Under the pieces are notes generated by a model. The model was not told where the DNA came from and ran no database searches. It saw nothing but the letters and a program-made list of their open reading frames with translations. From assembly GCA_028534125.1 (NCBI GenBank), contig CM052817.1, positions 20,152,001-20,216,000 of the forward strand: 64,000 bases of DNA, in the 5' to 3' direction. Position 1 is the stretch's first letter, and the number at the start of each line of letters is the position of its first letter. Source of the stretch: Lama glama (Eukaryota). The translations under genes were made by a program, and so were the position numbers. Shown here piece after piece: positions 49,520 through 61,865 of the stretch.

Positions 49520-49790
49520 GCTTACCAGGGAAAAGGGGAGGGGAGGGATAAGTTGGGAGTTTGAGATTTGTAAATGCCAATAACTGTATATAAAGTAGGT
49601 AAACTAGCTAAACAACAAGGTCCTACTGTACAGCACAGGGAACTATATTCAATACCTTGTAATAGCCTGTAATGAAAAAGAAGATGAAAAGGGACTAAAT
49701 ATATATATGAATAAATGAATCACTATGCTGGACACCTGAAATTAATACAACATTGTAAATCGACTCTACTTCAATTAAAAAAAATTAGAA
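49520..49790 (+). mobile_element. Young L1 3' tail
   Basis: ttaccaggggaaaaggggaggggagggataagttgggagtttgagatttg…acagcacagggaactatattcaatacc…cttcaattaaaaaaaa. Loose TSD aaaatgagactttg / aaagaagacttgg. Confidence 0.92.
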
Positions 49791-50098
49791 AAAGAAGACT
49801 TGGGACTTCTGTATCTCTCAAGTGATACTATGAAAAGGCAGAGAAAATGTAGTGTATATATTTCTCCAGGAAGTTCTTTACTAATGATCTATAGACCATG
49901 GGCAATGGTGAGAACTCTTTTCTTTAAATAAGGGGTCTATATGAAAATCTGAAGAAAAGATGATCCTCATTGAAAAATTGATAATTATGGTTAATCAGTT
50001 TCAAAATGTGTTATGATTTTTCTAATATTTCCTAACAATTAAAATCTACATTTGTATATCTTTCTATAAATCACTAAATCTGTACTGAAGAATAAATA

Positions 50099-50185
50099 GA
50101 TAATAAGGGATTTCCCCCAAAATTTCCAAGAGCTACTTATTGATAATATGGAATTTCCCCAGAAATTCTTTTAGAGCCACTTATG
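50099..50185 (+). repeat. Degenerate tandem duplication (~43-bp unit x2) with NF-kB consensus sites
   Basis: gataataagggatttcccccaaaatttccaagagctacttatt / gataatatggaatttccccagaaattcttttagagccacttatg. Confidence 0.8.
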
Positions 50186-50684
50186 TTTGCTATATTTCTG
50201 TGTTTTTAGATAGAATTAATAATTATGATAACAATCATAGTAGGAGAATGGTAATAATAAATGGATTGCTTCATTAAAAATAGTGATTATAACAACTTTT
50301 CTCCTCATATTTGAAAAATGCTATGGAGCACATCGTAAAACATCTTCCTAGAGCCAAGTTAGTAAAAGGTGAGGAAACTGTTACAGTTTCAAACTTTGCT
50401 TTATTCTAAGGGGTTAAGCTTAAGAAGCATTGCTCATCTATTGGTTTTCAAAAATATTAGTAGTCTCAACAATTAGTTTTAAGCCATATCCTTCCCTTAT
50501 TTTTAAAAATTTAAAATTTGGAGAATGAGTTTACCTGAAACTAACATCTATCCAGTGGAGCTTCCTTGATCCTATGTCTCATCTGACTCTTTGGCAACAC
50601 TTATTCTTAGATTCAGTTATTTTAAGGATTATGAATGATTATTCTCACTTTATTAAGTTTAAGAAATTCTTCCTCCCAAATGCT

Positions 50685-50732
50685 TGCACACGTGTGCACG
50701 CACACATGTGTACACACACACATGCACACGCA
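50685..50732. repeat. Alternating purine-pyrimidine tract (CA/TG/CG mix)
   Basis: 48 bp of uninterrupted RY alternation. Confidence 0.9.
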
Positions 50733-51429
50733 AACACACAGATGTGCATACATGGAGAATTTTACTACAGTTCTAAGTGACGGCATTGCAATGAGAGAGG
50801 AAGACAACATCTATAACACAACAGTTTCTGCACAAGCATGTGGAAAAAGTGAATATTCCGAACTATGTATTTGTGTAAGTAAAAAAATGGGCATTGGAGA
50901 AAATATAGACAGATTGCAATTAACTTAATATTTCTAAGTTGTATTTGGGAACTGTAAAAGGAAAAAATATTGATAAGTTTGTTGTTATATAGAAATGCTT
51001 AGACCACCAGTATCTCAGGAAACCTAACTAATAATTGGGGTGGGGAGGAATATAAGTTGTGGGTCAAACAAGTTGATTTGCTCAACTTCACAGATTTAAT
51101 CTATAATTATTGCTGTGTCTTTGGGAAAATAAATTAGTACCTATAGATTTCCATTGTTTTTATAAAACTGGCTAATTTTCAGGATAAAGGATAACATACA
51201 CAAAGCAATATAATAGTATTCAGAACATCTAAATAACCAATATTATTGGTTACCACCTCTTAGATTCAATCTGAGAGATTTTCTAAAAACTCATTTTTTT
51301 CTGTAGTTTATAAAATCAGTCTTTGAATAAGATTATGTTTTGAATAAGTAAAATCAATAAACCCATGAGAAACATTAAGAATAGAAATGCATTATTTCTT
51401 TAGTAAAAATACCAGTGTTGGAATTTACA

Positions 51430-51640
51430 GCTTACAAATCAGTTTCATGTATGAGATTTAACTTCATCTCATGACAAATAAGGTGTTTTATTATCATTTT
51501 TCAGTTGAGGAAATGGGCTAACAGCTTAAAGAGATTTTTTTTTCCCCCTAGAATACTTGCAGAAGAGCTCAAATAACCAATAAATGATAGAGCTTTTACC
51601 TAAACTGAATGATCTGAATCCAAATACTATGCTGCTTATT
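51430..51640 (-). mobile_element. MIR SINE
   Basis: ttattatcatttttcagttgaggaaatgggct…ttaaagagattt…ctgaatccaaa. Confidence 0.55.
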
Positions 51641-52039
51641 CCAAAAGTTTTTTCCTTTCAAGTTTATGTTGCATATAAAGCTAGAATTCATCATTATATT
51701 TATAATCCTATTGGAATAAAATGGTAATTGCAATAAAGTACTTATGTCCTCAGGGTTCTGTGTCATGAGTTAATGTTTTGAGTAATTAATATGTAACCAC
51801 AGTTTTTCTTTACGTTTTTCATATGCTTCCTAGAGGTAAATTATAATCTAAACATTTGTATGATTTATGAGTGAACAGAGTGATTTATCCATTTTGTGAT
51901 TTTTTTTTTGGACTTCCCTTTGACCCAAAATAAATTACTTATCTGTCAGTTTAGTTATGTTGACCCATAATGCTCATGTTTTTCTTGTAGAATGAGGAAT
52001 ATGAATTGCAACTCCAGGAGCTGTGAACTTGAAAATATT

Positions 52040-53310
52040 GACTCAACAAGTGAGCTCTCTTCTAGGCACTGGAGACATAGCCGAAACACCAATACTATCC
52101 TTGCCCTCAGGGAGCTGCTAGTCTAGTGGGGAGAGACAAACAAGAAGTATTTATATGTTGAGGGATGATCATGATATAGAAGAAAGAAGAAGCCAGGTCA
52201 GGGAAATAATGGGGATGGGGGAGATGTTATTATACTGTTATTTGGCGTGGGAAATCTGTGCTCATCCAACACTGTGGAAGAGATCTATGGAAATTGAAGA
52301 AATTACCCAGTGGTTACCTAAGAGAGCATTCAGAGCAGAGGAAGCAGCATATGCCAAGGCCCTGAAGTAGAAGCACAGAAGGTATGCAATGGGAACTTCC
52401 TGGAAGTTGGTGCACTCAGAGGACAGTGACAAAATCTCAGAGCGGTAGCACATGAGGTCAGAGAAGGTGTTGGAGGTCGGAAAAGGATATTTTCTTTAAC
52501 ATTTCTTTAATATTTGAGAGAAGACTGAATAATGCACCAACCCCCCAACCCCCAATATCAAGGTCCTAATCCCTGGAACCCATGAATGTTGCTTTATATG
52601 GCAAAAGGACCTTTCCAGATGTGATTAAATTAAGGATATTGACATGAGGCGATTATCCTGGATTGGCCACACTGGCCCTAAATGTAACCACAAAGGTCTT
52701 CAGAAGAGGGAGGCAGGGGGTACTTTGACACAGAGGAAGAAAGCACTGTGACACCTGAAATAAGACGCTTTGCTGTGGGCTTTATTGATGTAGTTAAAGG
52801 GCTACAAGCCATGAAATGTCAGGAATGTGGCTCTAGTAACTTGAGAAGGCTAGGGAAGGGATACTGCCCACGGGCCTCCTGTTAACTCCTGGATTTTAGC
52901 GCAGTGAAGTGATTTGGGGCTTTTGACTTGCAGGCTTTAAGAGAATACATTTTTTGTTGTTGTTGTTGTTTGCTTTTTTTAAAAAACCACATTGGTGGTA
53001 ACTTGTTACATAAGCCGCAGGAAACGAAGACAGGTGGGAAGCGTTTGAGGAGTTTGAGGAGGGATGTGGTTATGTTTGGAATTAAATATCAGCATGTGTC
53101 TAAGACGAGGCAGAATTTTATGAGAATGGAAAGAAGACGGTGATGTGGAAGAGAGAGGAGAAATACCTGGAGAGACGTTCTTGATCAGCCAAGAGGGGTT
53201 GCGATCCTGGGCCCAAGGAGAAGAGTCGTCCACAGAGAGAGGTACCGACAGTTCAGGCATTTTTATTGGAAGGAAGGCAGGGTATTTGGCTATGCATGCA
53301 GGGGTTTCTG
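52040..53310 (-). mobile_element. LINE-2 3' region, split by an MLT1C/D LTR
   Basis: ctaggcactggagacatag…ccttgccctcagggagct…tctagtggggagagac…ccaaggccctgaagtag; resumes at 53033 with gggaagcgtttgaggagtttgagg. Confidence 0.75.
52515..53032 (+). mobile_element. Solo MaLR LTR (MLT1C/D-like)
   Basis: gtcctaatccctggaacccatgaatgttgctttatatggcaaaaggac…gatgtgattaaattaagga…gattatcctggatt…tggtaacttgttaca…gcaggaaacgaagaca. Confidence 0.9.
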
Positions 53311-53327
53311 AAAATAAATGGACAGCA

Positions 53328-53470
53328 GGGAGGGTATAGCTTAGTGGTAGAGTGTACGCTTAGCATGCATGAGGTCCTGGGTTCAACCCTAAATACCTCC
53401 ATTAATAAATAAATGAACAAATAAACCTAATTACATGCCTCCCCCCAAAAAACCCTCAAGGTTAAAATTT
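53328..53470 (+). mobile_element. tRNA-Ala(AGC)-derived SINE, vic-1-type (camelid)
   Basis: 53330-53401 is a 72-nt tRNA-Ala-like head (A box tagcttagtgg, anticodon arm gcttAGCatgc, B box ggttcaacc). It is followed by (aata)n, aacctaattac…cccc and an A-rich tail. Loose TSD gaaaataaatggaca / ggaaataaacaaaca. Confidence 0.88.
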
Positions 53471-53742
53471 GGAAATAAACAAACAAAAAATTGCATTGTT
53501 TATGCTATTTTAAAAAATTCAACAAATCTATTACTATGAGTAAATCACCAATATCAACATTAAAAAGGTAGCAATATTTTATTAAACCTTGAAGGTTATC
53601 TGAATATTTTTCCCTTTTATATTTTCAGCAAACAGAAATCCAACAGTCTAAACCACCTAAGTGTAGGCTCATACTAAAAATGGTAATGCCACCTTCTTTC
53701 TCCCAATATAAGTTAGAAATGAAAATTACTAGTCAGAAAGAT

Positions 53743-54195
53743 TGTGAATGAAATACTGCAAACCACATCAGTAAACAAAGAATGCTGAAGCCATCAAGTC
53801 AACAGTGGCAGCCGCTTCACCCCCCAGGGAAGACAAGCCTGCAGCCCGGCCTCTGCAGCCACTCATAATAGTGCACCCTGAGGGGACTCAGAATAAGAAA
53901 GGACAGGATACTGGCCCTAGATAGCTAGGGGCTTGTCAAAGGAATAAATTCAATGAGCCCAAAGGTTTGCTTCCTCCCATATATAGAAAAGCACTAAATT
54001 CTTTAACTTGAGATGCCTGGTTTTCTTTAGTTAACAAGTAATCTTTTAATGTTTCAATTACCTGGTCTTTGCTGTAAAGCTCCTATATATCCTAGCTCCT
54101 CCTGAGAGGCTGTCATCCTGGGCTCGAAGGGGTTTGAGTCCGCCAAATAAAACATGACTCTTAACTTTTAGGCTGTACTTTTAGTATAATTAACA
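53743..54195 (+). mobile_element. Solo ERV1-class LTR
   Basis: TG…CA bounded ~450 bp; TATA-like cctatatatc at ~54082; AATAAA at ~54146 followed by catgactcttaacttttaggctgt (U5-like). Confidence 0.75.
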
Positions 54196-54322
54196 TGAGG
54201 AGATTTCAATTTTGCTTGACATTAAAAAGGGAGGTATATAAAAGTATACATCCAAATAAAAACAAAATTTGCAGTCCTTTTTAGCCAAAATTTAAAAGAA
54301 ATGATACACTTTATCATGAGAC

Positions 54323-54560
54323 GCTCTATAGTCTAGTGTTCTAAGCATAAAATCCTGAAGTCAAATTGACTAAGCTTGTTCCCAACTCCTCCACTATCAG
54401 AGTTAGGGACTGGGCAAATTCTTGAACCTGAACAGTGTTCTCACTTTAAAAATGTGCACAATACAAGTACCTGAGTCATAAACTGAAAGAGAAATTTAGC
54501 AAAATGTCTGGAAATAGTGGAGAAACCATAAATGTTAGCCATGGTTACATCGTTACTATT
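54323..54560 (+). mobile_element. MIR SINE
   Basis: ctaagcataaaatcctgaagtcaaattgac…ctgggcaaattcttgaacctg…ttctcactttaaaaatg…ataaatgttagc. Confidence 0.7.
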
Positions 54561-54748
54561 ATCTAATCAATATTTATTTTCCAGGTATCCAGATATGAGG
54601 TTTTGCTGGTGATATGTGAGGGTGATAATTCCTTAAGACATTGCTCTTGTTTCCCTGCCGTACACAGGACTCTTGTTGCTAAAAATGAAAGATGCATACA
54701 AATCATTGCCTAACAAATGTCAATAACAAACACCAAGTTAAAAAAAAA

Positions 54749-54848
54749 NNNNNNNNNNNNNNNNNNNNNNNNNNNNNNNNNNNNNNNNNNNNNNNNNNNN
54801 NNNNNNNNNNNNNNNNNNNNNNNNNNNNNNNNNNNNNNNNNNNNNNNN
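54749..54848. other. Assembly gap (100 N)
   Basis: Run of N. Confidence 1.
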
Positions 54849-55729
54849 ATACAGCCGTAGCTCGAACAATGAAGCATCGATAACAGTCAACAGAATCATT
54901 TTCTCATCAGAAGACAGAATGGCATCATGATGCCTCCAGGAGGCCAGTTCTATAGAGGCCAGCAGTTAGATCTCTTTATCTTGTATGTACTCTAAGCGTG
55001 GTCTTCTGGGCAATTCAGGCTGTTTTGTAAGGTTATAGTCCTGTGACCTTCTCCTTGGAGAAGGACTCAGAGACCAAGCATGATTATTACTTTCAATTAC
55101 TGGAATAAAGTAGAAGCAGTAAGATCAGTAGCTTTAGTTTCAACAGTGGGCATGGAACCGTGAGTAGCAACCGGTCAGTCAGGTCAGTCGACGTTTTAAG
55201 GGCAAGCATAAGAATAAGCAATCTGTTAGCCTAAGTGAGGCCATTTTATTAATCCTCCTTCATTACGAATTCTTTTCCAAATGTGTCATATTGATTTTGG
55301 AGTTATGATATTCCAGCAACCTGGACTTGAGATATCATGTGCAAATAATTTGAAAGAACACCAGATGGGGTTAAGAAAACATTCCCCCATTAGCCATCCC
55401 TGTGACCGAAAAAGTACCTCCATGCTGTAACCTCAAGTTATGCTGAGAAGCTGAAAGAAGAAAACAACAAAATAATTAACCTAGTTTGCTTCAGTTTTAT
55501 GATCTATAAAAAAGGGTAATTTAAACAGCCCAATTTCTGATCAAAATTTCTATCATCTGTGAATAATAACATTTTTCCTTTCTTTTTCCATTTTGCTAAC
55601 AATATAATATTATCTCAGAAATAAATCTTAGATATATCTTTCTTAGATAGATATAAAAAGAGAGCTCTGCATCTATATCTAAACATATTTGTACATAATT
55701 ATAGTTAAATATATTTACACATATGCATT

Positions 55730-57282
55730 TAAACCTCAATAATTGTTTTTATAGAAATTTCTAAGCTGATTGCAAAATTGTAGGGAAATGAGGAAATAAT
55801 CTAGAATTGCCAAAATTATCTAGAAAATAAAGACACTAGTTGGAATACTCACACTAGCTGTATTTCACAATTTACTATACAATTACAGTGTTCCAGGTAA
55901 CATGTCATTGGCATAATTACAGATGAATAGCTCAGTGGAAGAGAATAGAGTATCCAGAAATAGATTCAGCCTGTATGTTAGGGCTAAGGAAAAGGAATGA
56001 AATAGAGAAAGGTTTTTTTTTTTCTCACAAGTTATACTGCAACAAGTACATACTTACCTAGAATAAAAAAAGCCTCAACCCCTATCTCATAACATACATC
56101 AAAATCAGTTTGAGATTATTTCACAGGCCTAAAGATAAAAACAAATCTATAACGTATCTAGAAATAAAAGAATATGAGGAGAATATTTTCTCCGTCTCAT
56201 AATGGGAAAAAATTTCTGACAGAGGATGCAAAAAGAACTAATCATAAGAGAAAAAATTAAATTGTATATCACCCAAGTGGAAAATGTCTACGTATCTAAA
56301 AAGATCATAAGAAAATGAAAAGACAGCTACATATGGAAGAAAATATTTGTAATGCATATATCTGAAATGGTTTCTATTAAGAAAATATAAATAAATTTTA
56401 CAGTTGAAAACTAAAAAGACAAGGAAATTAGTTTTTTTTTTTTTTAAGTGAGCAAAAGACTTGCACATAAAGATTATCAAGGGAGATTTACAAATGTCAA
56501 GTAAGTAAATAAATGGTGGTCAATATGTTTAATCATTGGAGAGATGAAAATTAAAACTATAATGGATACATAGTACATCCATTAGAATAATTACAATTTT
56601 AAAAATAGAAGACAATTCTAAAGAGTGAAAAAATCAAGTATTGAGAAAGATGTGGAACAAAATGTATTCTCATGTAATTCTGGAAGGAATGTAAATTTAG
56701 ACAACACTCTGGAAAACTCTTAGGCATTTTCTTATTAAGTTAAATATACACTTATTTTAAGGCTCAGAATTTCTACTCCTAGGTATTTACTGAACAGAAG
56801 TCATAATATCTATCCAGAAAAGACTACCTATGTATGTTCATAACATTTCTACTTATTGTTGCCAAAATCCAGAAATAATCCCAATGCCTATCTTCAGGAC
56901 AAGTGACGAACTGTAGAATATTCATATAGTGGAATACTAATTAACAATAAAAAGTAAATTTATAATTTCTACAGTGCAATGAAGATAAAAATATTCTCAA
57001 AAACATTCTGTTAATTAAAGAATCCAAGGACAAAAACAGTACATACAGTATAATTTCTTTCATATAAACTCAAAATAAGCAAAACTAACCTCTGGTGCTA
57101 GAAATTAGAAAAGTGATTAACTTTTGTGAGCAAGTGTGAATGAATTCTTTGTATGGATGGAAACATACCCTGTCCTATTGGGATGTTGGTTAAATAGGTG
57201 TAAACATTTGTCAAAAAATTTTAGTTGTATCTATATCATTCATTCTATGTAAATTTTATCTCATAAACAAATCTGTTAAAAA
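55730..57282 (+). mobile_element. Ancient L1 (L1MD/L1ME-like) ORF2 end plus 3'UTR
   Basis: tagaaatttctaagctgattgcaaaatt…aagagaatagagtatccagaaatag…atttctactcctaggtatttac…agcaaaactaacctctggtgctagaaattaga…atgtaaattttatctc. Confidence 0.85.
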
Positions 57283-58519
57283 TAACTTGCTATGTTGAAA
57301 AGCAAATATCACCCAATAATTCTTCAGTGTTTTCACTGTTTACTAACTTGATTGCTAAATTTTTGCAAATCTATTGGCTTCTCTTGACCAGAGATAGTCA
57401 TATTTTCATTTAAATCTATAGTAGGTCTGAGCATGTTTTGAGTTTTTACTACGAATGCCAATAATTCTAAACTTATAGCAAAAATAACAAATCTTCTTCT
57501 AATTGCAATCAACTGGTTTCATCTGAGCACAGATTTCAAGGATTTATCATAAAGTCACATAATTCTAAAGAAACTATACTTTAAAACAGTAGTAATTTTA
57601 TACTAAAAAATTGACTGTTCAGAAAACTGTTTCAGACTTCAGTAAGATTATCTACAGTATACAAGAAAGTTTAAGTAAAAGAACTATTTTTATCACATGT
57701 AATGCTTTCGTAACATCTGAATGTCCCCGTCTATATAGTCATATTTGGTTTAATTTCTGACCATTTCTGTAATGCAATCACCTTCACTCATTTTCTCTAA
57801 TGAGTTAACACTGTAGTTATAAAATTATAAGCTAACTGTTGAAAAATGTTGAGGAATGAGGAAGTCATCTAAAGGTGCCAAAATTAATTAGAAAATAAAG
57901 ACAATATTTGGATTTCACCCACTAGCTGATTTTACTGGCTGATTTGAGTATGCACACGTAAATTATTAGGTTTCAACTCTTAATTGTGAACATTTATGTA
58001 CTTCTGTGTATATGTATGTGTATATATATATGTTCATGTGTAAATATATGCACATCTCACACCATACATATGTATCTTTACTTATAAATGTTAATATGTC
58101 TGTATGTACTTTAACCTTTCAAGGTCGATATTGGCTGCAGAGGCCAGATATGGAAAGAGTATTGCTTTTTAACATTTTCAAAGAAACATCAAATCTCCTT
58201 GGAGCAAATTTTGTATCTTTTTGACAGAAATCAATTGATTTCTTTATTATGGAAATGTAACCAATTGACAGTTCTTAGTTATGGAAATGTAAATTTACTA
58301 AGCACCTGCTCTCCAGCATCACCTTTTTTATTTGGAGAAAGGCCGATCCTCCTGGAGAAACTTCCATTTGCAGAAGACAGCAGAGGAGATTCGTATAATG
58401 TACTTAGATTTATAAGGCCAGCGGTCAACTGTGATTATGTAGCAGTGATGGCACTAATGTGCTCCTCAGGCTCCTTTTTCCTCTCCCTTTTGTTAGGGAG
58501 CTTCCGCGTCCTCTGATGA

Positions 58520-59340
58520 AGTCCAGCCCAGGCATTGTCCTGAACTCTCAACTCAGATATCAAACTATCTAAGGCATGTCTAATAATCCTCTCAGTCATT
58601 ACATCCCCAATATAATTCCTGATCTTCCTTCTACACGTGTTTCTCTCACTGCCTGCCTTAACTCAGTAGTTGCCAGCGTCATCCCCCAAGTTGTGTAGGT
58701 TTTGGGCTTCCATCAAATTGCAAGGAGTCAATTTTGTTGGGGTCTTGTTTGGGGGGGCGGTTCTTGTTTTATTGAAGTGTAGTCAGTTCACAATGTGTCA
58801 ATTTCTGGTGTACAGCATAATGTTTCAGTCATATATATACAAACATATATTTGTTTTCATATTCTTTTTCATTATAGGTTACAGCAAGATATTGAATATT
58901 GTTCCTTGTGCTATACCGTAGAAACTTGTTTATCGATTTTATAGATACTAGATAATATTTGCAAAGCTTGAACTCCCAGTTTATTCCTTCCCGTTCTCTT
59001 TCCCCCGGTAAGCATAAGATTGTTTACTATGTATGTTTCTGTTTTGTAAACAAATTTGTTATTTTTTCTTTAGATTCCACATGTAAGTAATATCATATGA
59101 TTTTTTCCTTTCCTTTCTGGCTTACTTCACTTAGAATGATCTCCAGGTCCATTCATGTTGCTGCAAATGGCATTATCTTATTCTTTTTATGGCTTAGCAG
59201 TATTCCATTCCATTCCATCTACACACATACATACCACAGCTTCTTTATCCAATAACCAAGGAGTCAATTTTTGAATCTTGTTATTTCAAGCTCAACATTT
59301 AATCTATCAAAATCTCCATGATTTTCTTAAAAACATATTT
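58520..59340 (+). mobile_element. LINE-2 fragment, split by an L1
   Basis: ccagcccaggcattgtcctgaactctcaactc…gcatgtctaata…aactcagtagttgccagc; resumes ggagtcaatttttga…acattttaatctatcaaaatc. Confidence 0.55.
58736..59256 (-). mobile_element. Young 5'-truncated L1 with perfect 15-bp TSD
   Basis: Antisense L1 3'UTR/ORF2 end. TSD caaggagtcaatttt at 58721-58735 and 59257-59271. Confidence 0.95.
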
Positions 59341-59624
59341 AGCATCATGCTCTGAACTGACTCCAGAGGGGATGTGTTAATTTCTTCCTTCTACAGCCAT
59401 TTGCAGGTGGGTCAGGTCAAGATGTTTCCTGTGAGCTAAACAAAGGTATTTTAGCTTAATGCTCAGGCATGGGAGGCAGGGTTCCCAGAGATGGCCCATT
59501 ATGTATACTTTAAGCTATAGACAACATCCCTTGAATGATTAACTTGTAGCAAAGGCAATAAAACACAAAAGTTAGAGAAACAGATCTAATATGAAGTCAG
59601 ATTTGTTTGTTCTTCCCTATTACA
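59341..59624 (-). mobile_element. ERV1-class LTR, 5' (U3) part only
   Basis: Reverse complement starts tgtaatagggaagaacaaacaaatctgacttcatattagatctgttt…ccatctctgggaaccctgcctcc…aatacctttgtttagctcacaggaaaca. Confidence 0.7.
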
Positions 59625-61365
59625 GTGTGAAATGTCTAAATGATTGATTCCAAGTTAAATCACTATCATATTAGTAACAAACTCCCACCACTTACTAAAA
59701 TTATTATTTATTATACCTTAATTTAATAGTACTCAAAAAGTAATATTTTTCTACATATTAATTAATACATAAAATACTTTGCAGTACTACAGTGAACACT
59801 TCATATGTCTAGATCTAGAGCTGTGGTGATTATGTTACAGTTATTACTTTGGAGGGGAGACATGCTTGCAGACCAAAACAAATCAAAGTCTTGATTTTAG
59901 AATTTTAGAACAGGTTAAAAAATGAAAATGGCTGCTCCAATTTGTGGCAACTACCATCCCTGCCTCTGCCCATACACTTAAACCATGGTTTTATATACAG
60001 TGAATTTATTTTCCTATAAATAGGGTATCTTAAGAAACATGGGCTTATGTAGTATCAATCACATCGAGACAATGTTTCTTCTCATCTCAGGTAAATGCCT
60101 TAGGATATCTTAGCTCCAATCTAAACACATTTTTGACTGCAGTCACATATGGGCTCTTGAGAGAAAGTGAATACATGGGAAAAGTTTTTTAAATGTATAT
60201 TTTCTCTATGTTACAGAAAATTTATGTAATTTAACAGTGGCAGTGCTTGTCAGGGGCATATCAAGAAATTATTTAGAGATATGACCTACTTAGAGGTCTG
60301 CAAATTGTGATATGGCAAAGTTGATCACAGAGTATTAAGGCAGGCTAAACACTGCAACATTTCAAGGTCCCTTTCCTATTTTATTGAGTGAACATCAGTG
60401 ATATTATGGTGATGAGAACATAAAAAAAATGGTAAGATATTTCAAAAAGTATTGCACTTGTTTGTCTACAGACTCCTTGTAAAATGTGACTCACTGATGC
60501 AGTTTGGATGGGACATAACTGACCACCAGGAAATATTTGAAAATATATGTCAATAAGCTCTTATGTCATTCTCTTGAGGGAAACCCTGAGATGCCAAACG
60601 TCCTCAGGTTCTGAAATGGTCAGTCCTGAGCCAATAAAAATATCCACTAGGATATTTAAGAGTTATGACACGTATCTTCCTACTAGCAAAATATTTGAAA
60701 CTTCTAGAATCCAATCACTTATGAAGAGTTGACTTTGAGAAGGTAGAATACTAAATTGGGCCTATTTGACTATATAATTTGTTATAAAATGCACATACTT
60801 GTTTATTTTTATTATAGATAAAGCACTAAGTTTTCAATCAGAGAAATATTTGGAAAATACACAAAATCACACAAAAAAACCACTTTTAACATTTGATATG
60901 GAATTATCCAGATATAAATATTTATCTGCATCCATGTGCATCAGTGTATTATATTTTAAATTAAGCTACCACGTATGACATATTTTAAAGATTTATCTAT
61001 GCCATTAAATGTTTTCTTCTTGCATGTGTTATGCAAACCACACATATTCTGAAAAAACTGATAAGCAAAAAAACCAGAGTGGGCACAATCACCCAAATTC
61101 TCAGCCTATCACAGTTTAGGCTGGGCAAAGACTATTGACAGATGTAGACCATGACCAAGTCGAGTTTCTGTATTGATGGTGGACGGGGAGCTATGTGACT
61201 ATGCAACAAAAGATGCACTCTGGTTGGAGGATTGTCCCTGTAAGAAAGGGAAGGCCTCTGAAAACCAATTGGTAAAATTAGTCTGTTCTGTTTTAGGCTC
61301 AGATCTGCTAAGTTACTGAAAGAAGGAAATATTTTTCTCCAGAGCAAATTTGTCTTTAATCATCA

Positions 61366-61865
61366 NNNNNNNNNNNNNNNNNNNNNNNNNNNNNNNNNNN
61401 NNNNNNNNNNNNNNNNNNNNNNNNNNNNNNNNNNNNNNNNNNNNNNNNNNNNNNNNNNNNNNNNNNNNNNNNNNNNNNNNNNNNNNNNNNNNNNNNNNNN
61501 NNNNNNNNNNNNNNNNNNNNNNNNNNNNNNNNNNNNNNNNNNNNNNNNNNNNNNNNNNNNNNNNNNNNNNNNNNNNNNNNNNNNNNNNNNNNNNNNNNNN
61601 NNNNNNNNNNNNNNNNNNNNNNNNNNNNNNNNNNNNNNNNNNNNNNNNNNNNNNNNNNNNNNNNNNNNNNNNNNNNNNNNNNNNNNNNNNNNNNNNNNNN
61701 NNNNNNNNNNNNNNNNNNNNNNNNNNNNNNNNNNNNNNNNNNNNNNNNNNNNNNNNNNNNNNNNNNNNNNNNNNNNNNNNNNNNNNNNNNNNNNNNNNNN
61801 NNNNNNNNNNNNNNNNNNNNNNNNNNNNNNNNNNNNNNNNNNNNNNNNNNNNNNNNNNNNNNNNN
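61366..61865. other. Assembly gap (500 N)
   Basis: Run of N. Confidence 1.

Noticed and set aside
53330..53401. Functional tRNA-Ala(AGC) gene
   Set aside because: The T-stem (ctggg/ctaaa) and acceptor stem are mispaired, CpGs have decayed, and it is followed by a SINE body and A-rich tail instead of a T-run terminator.
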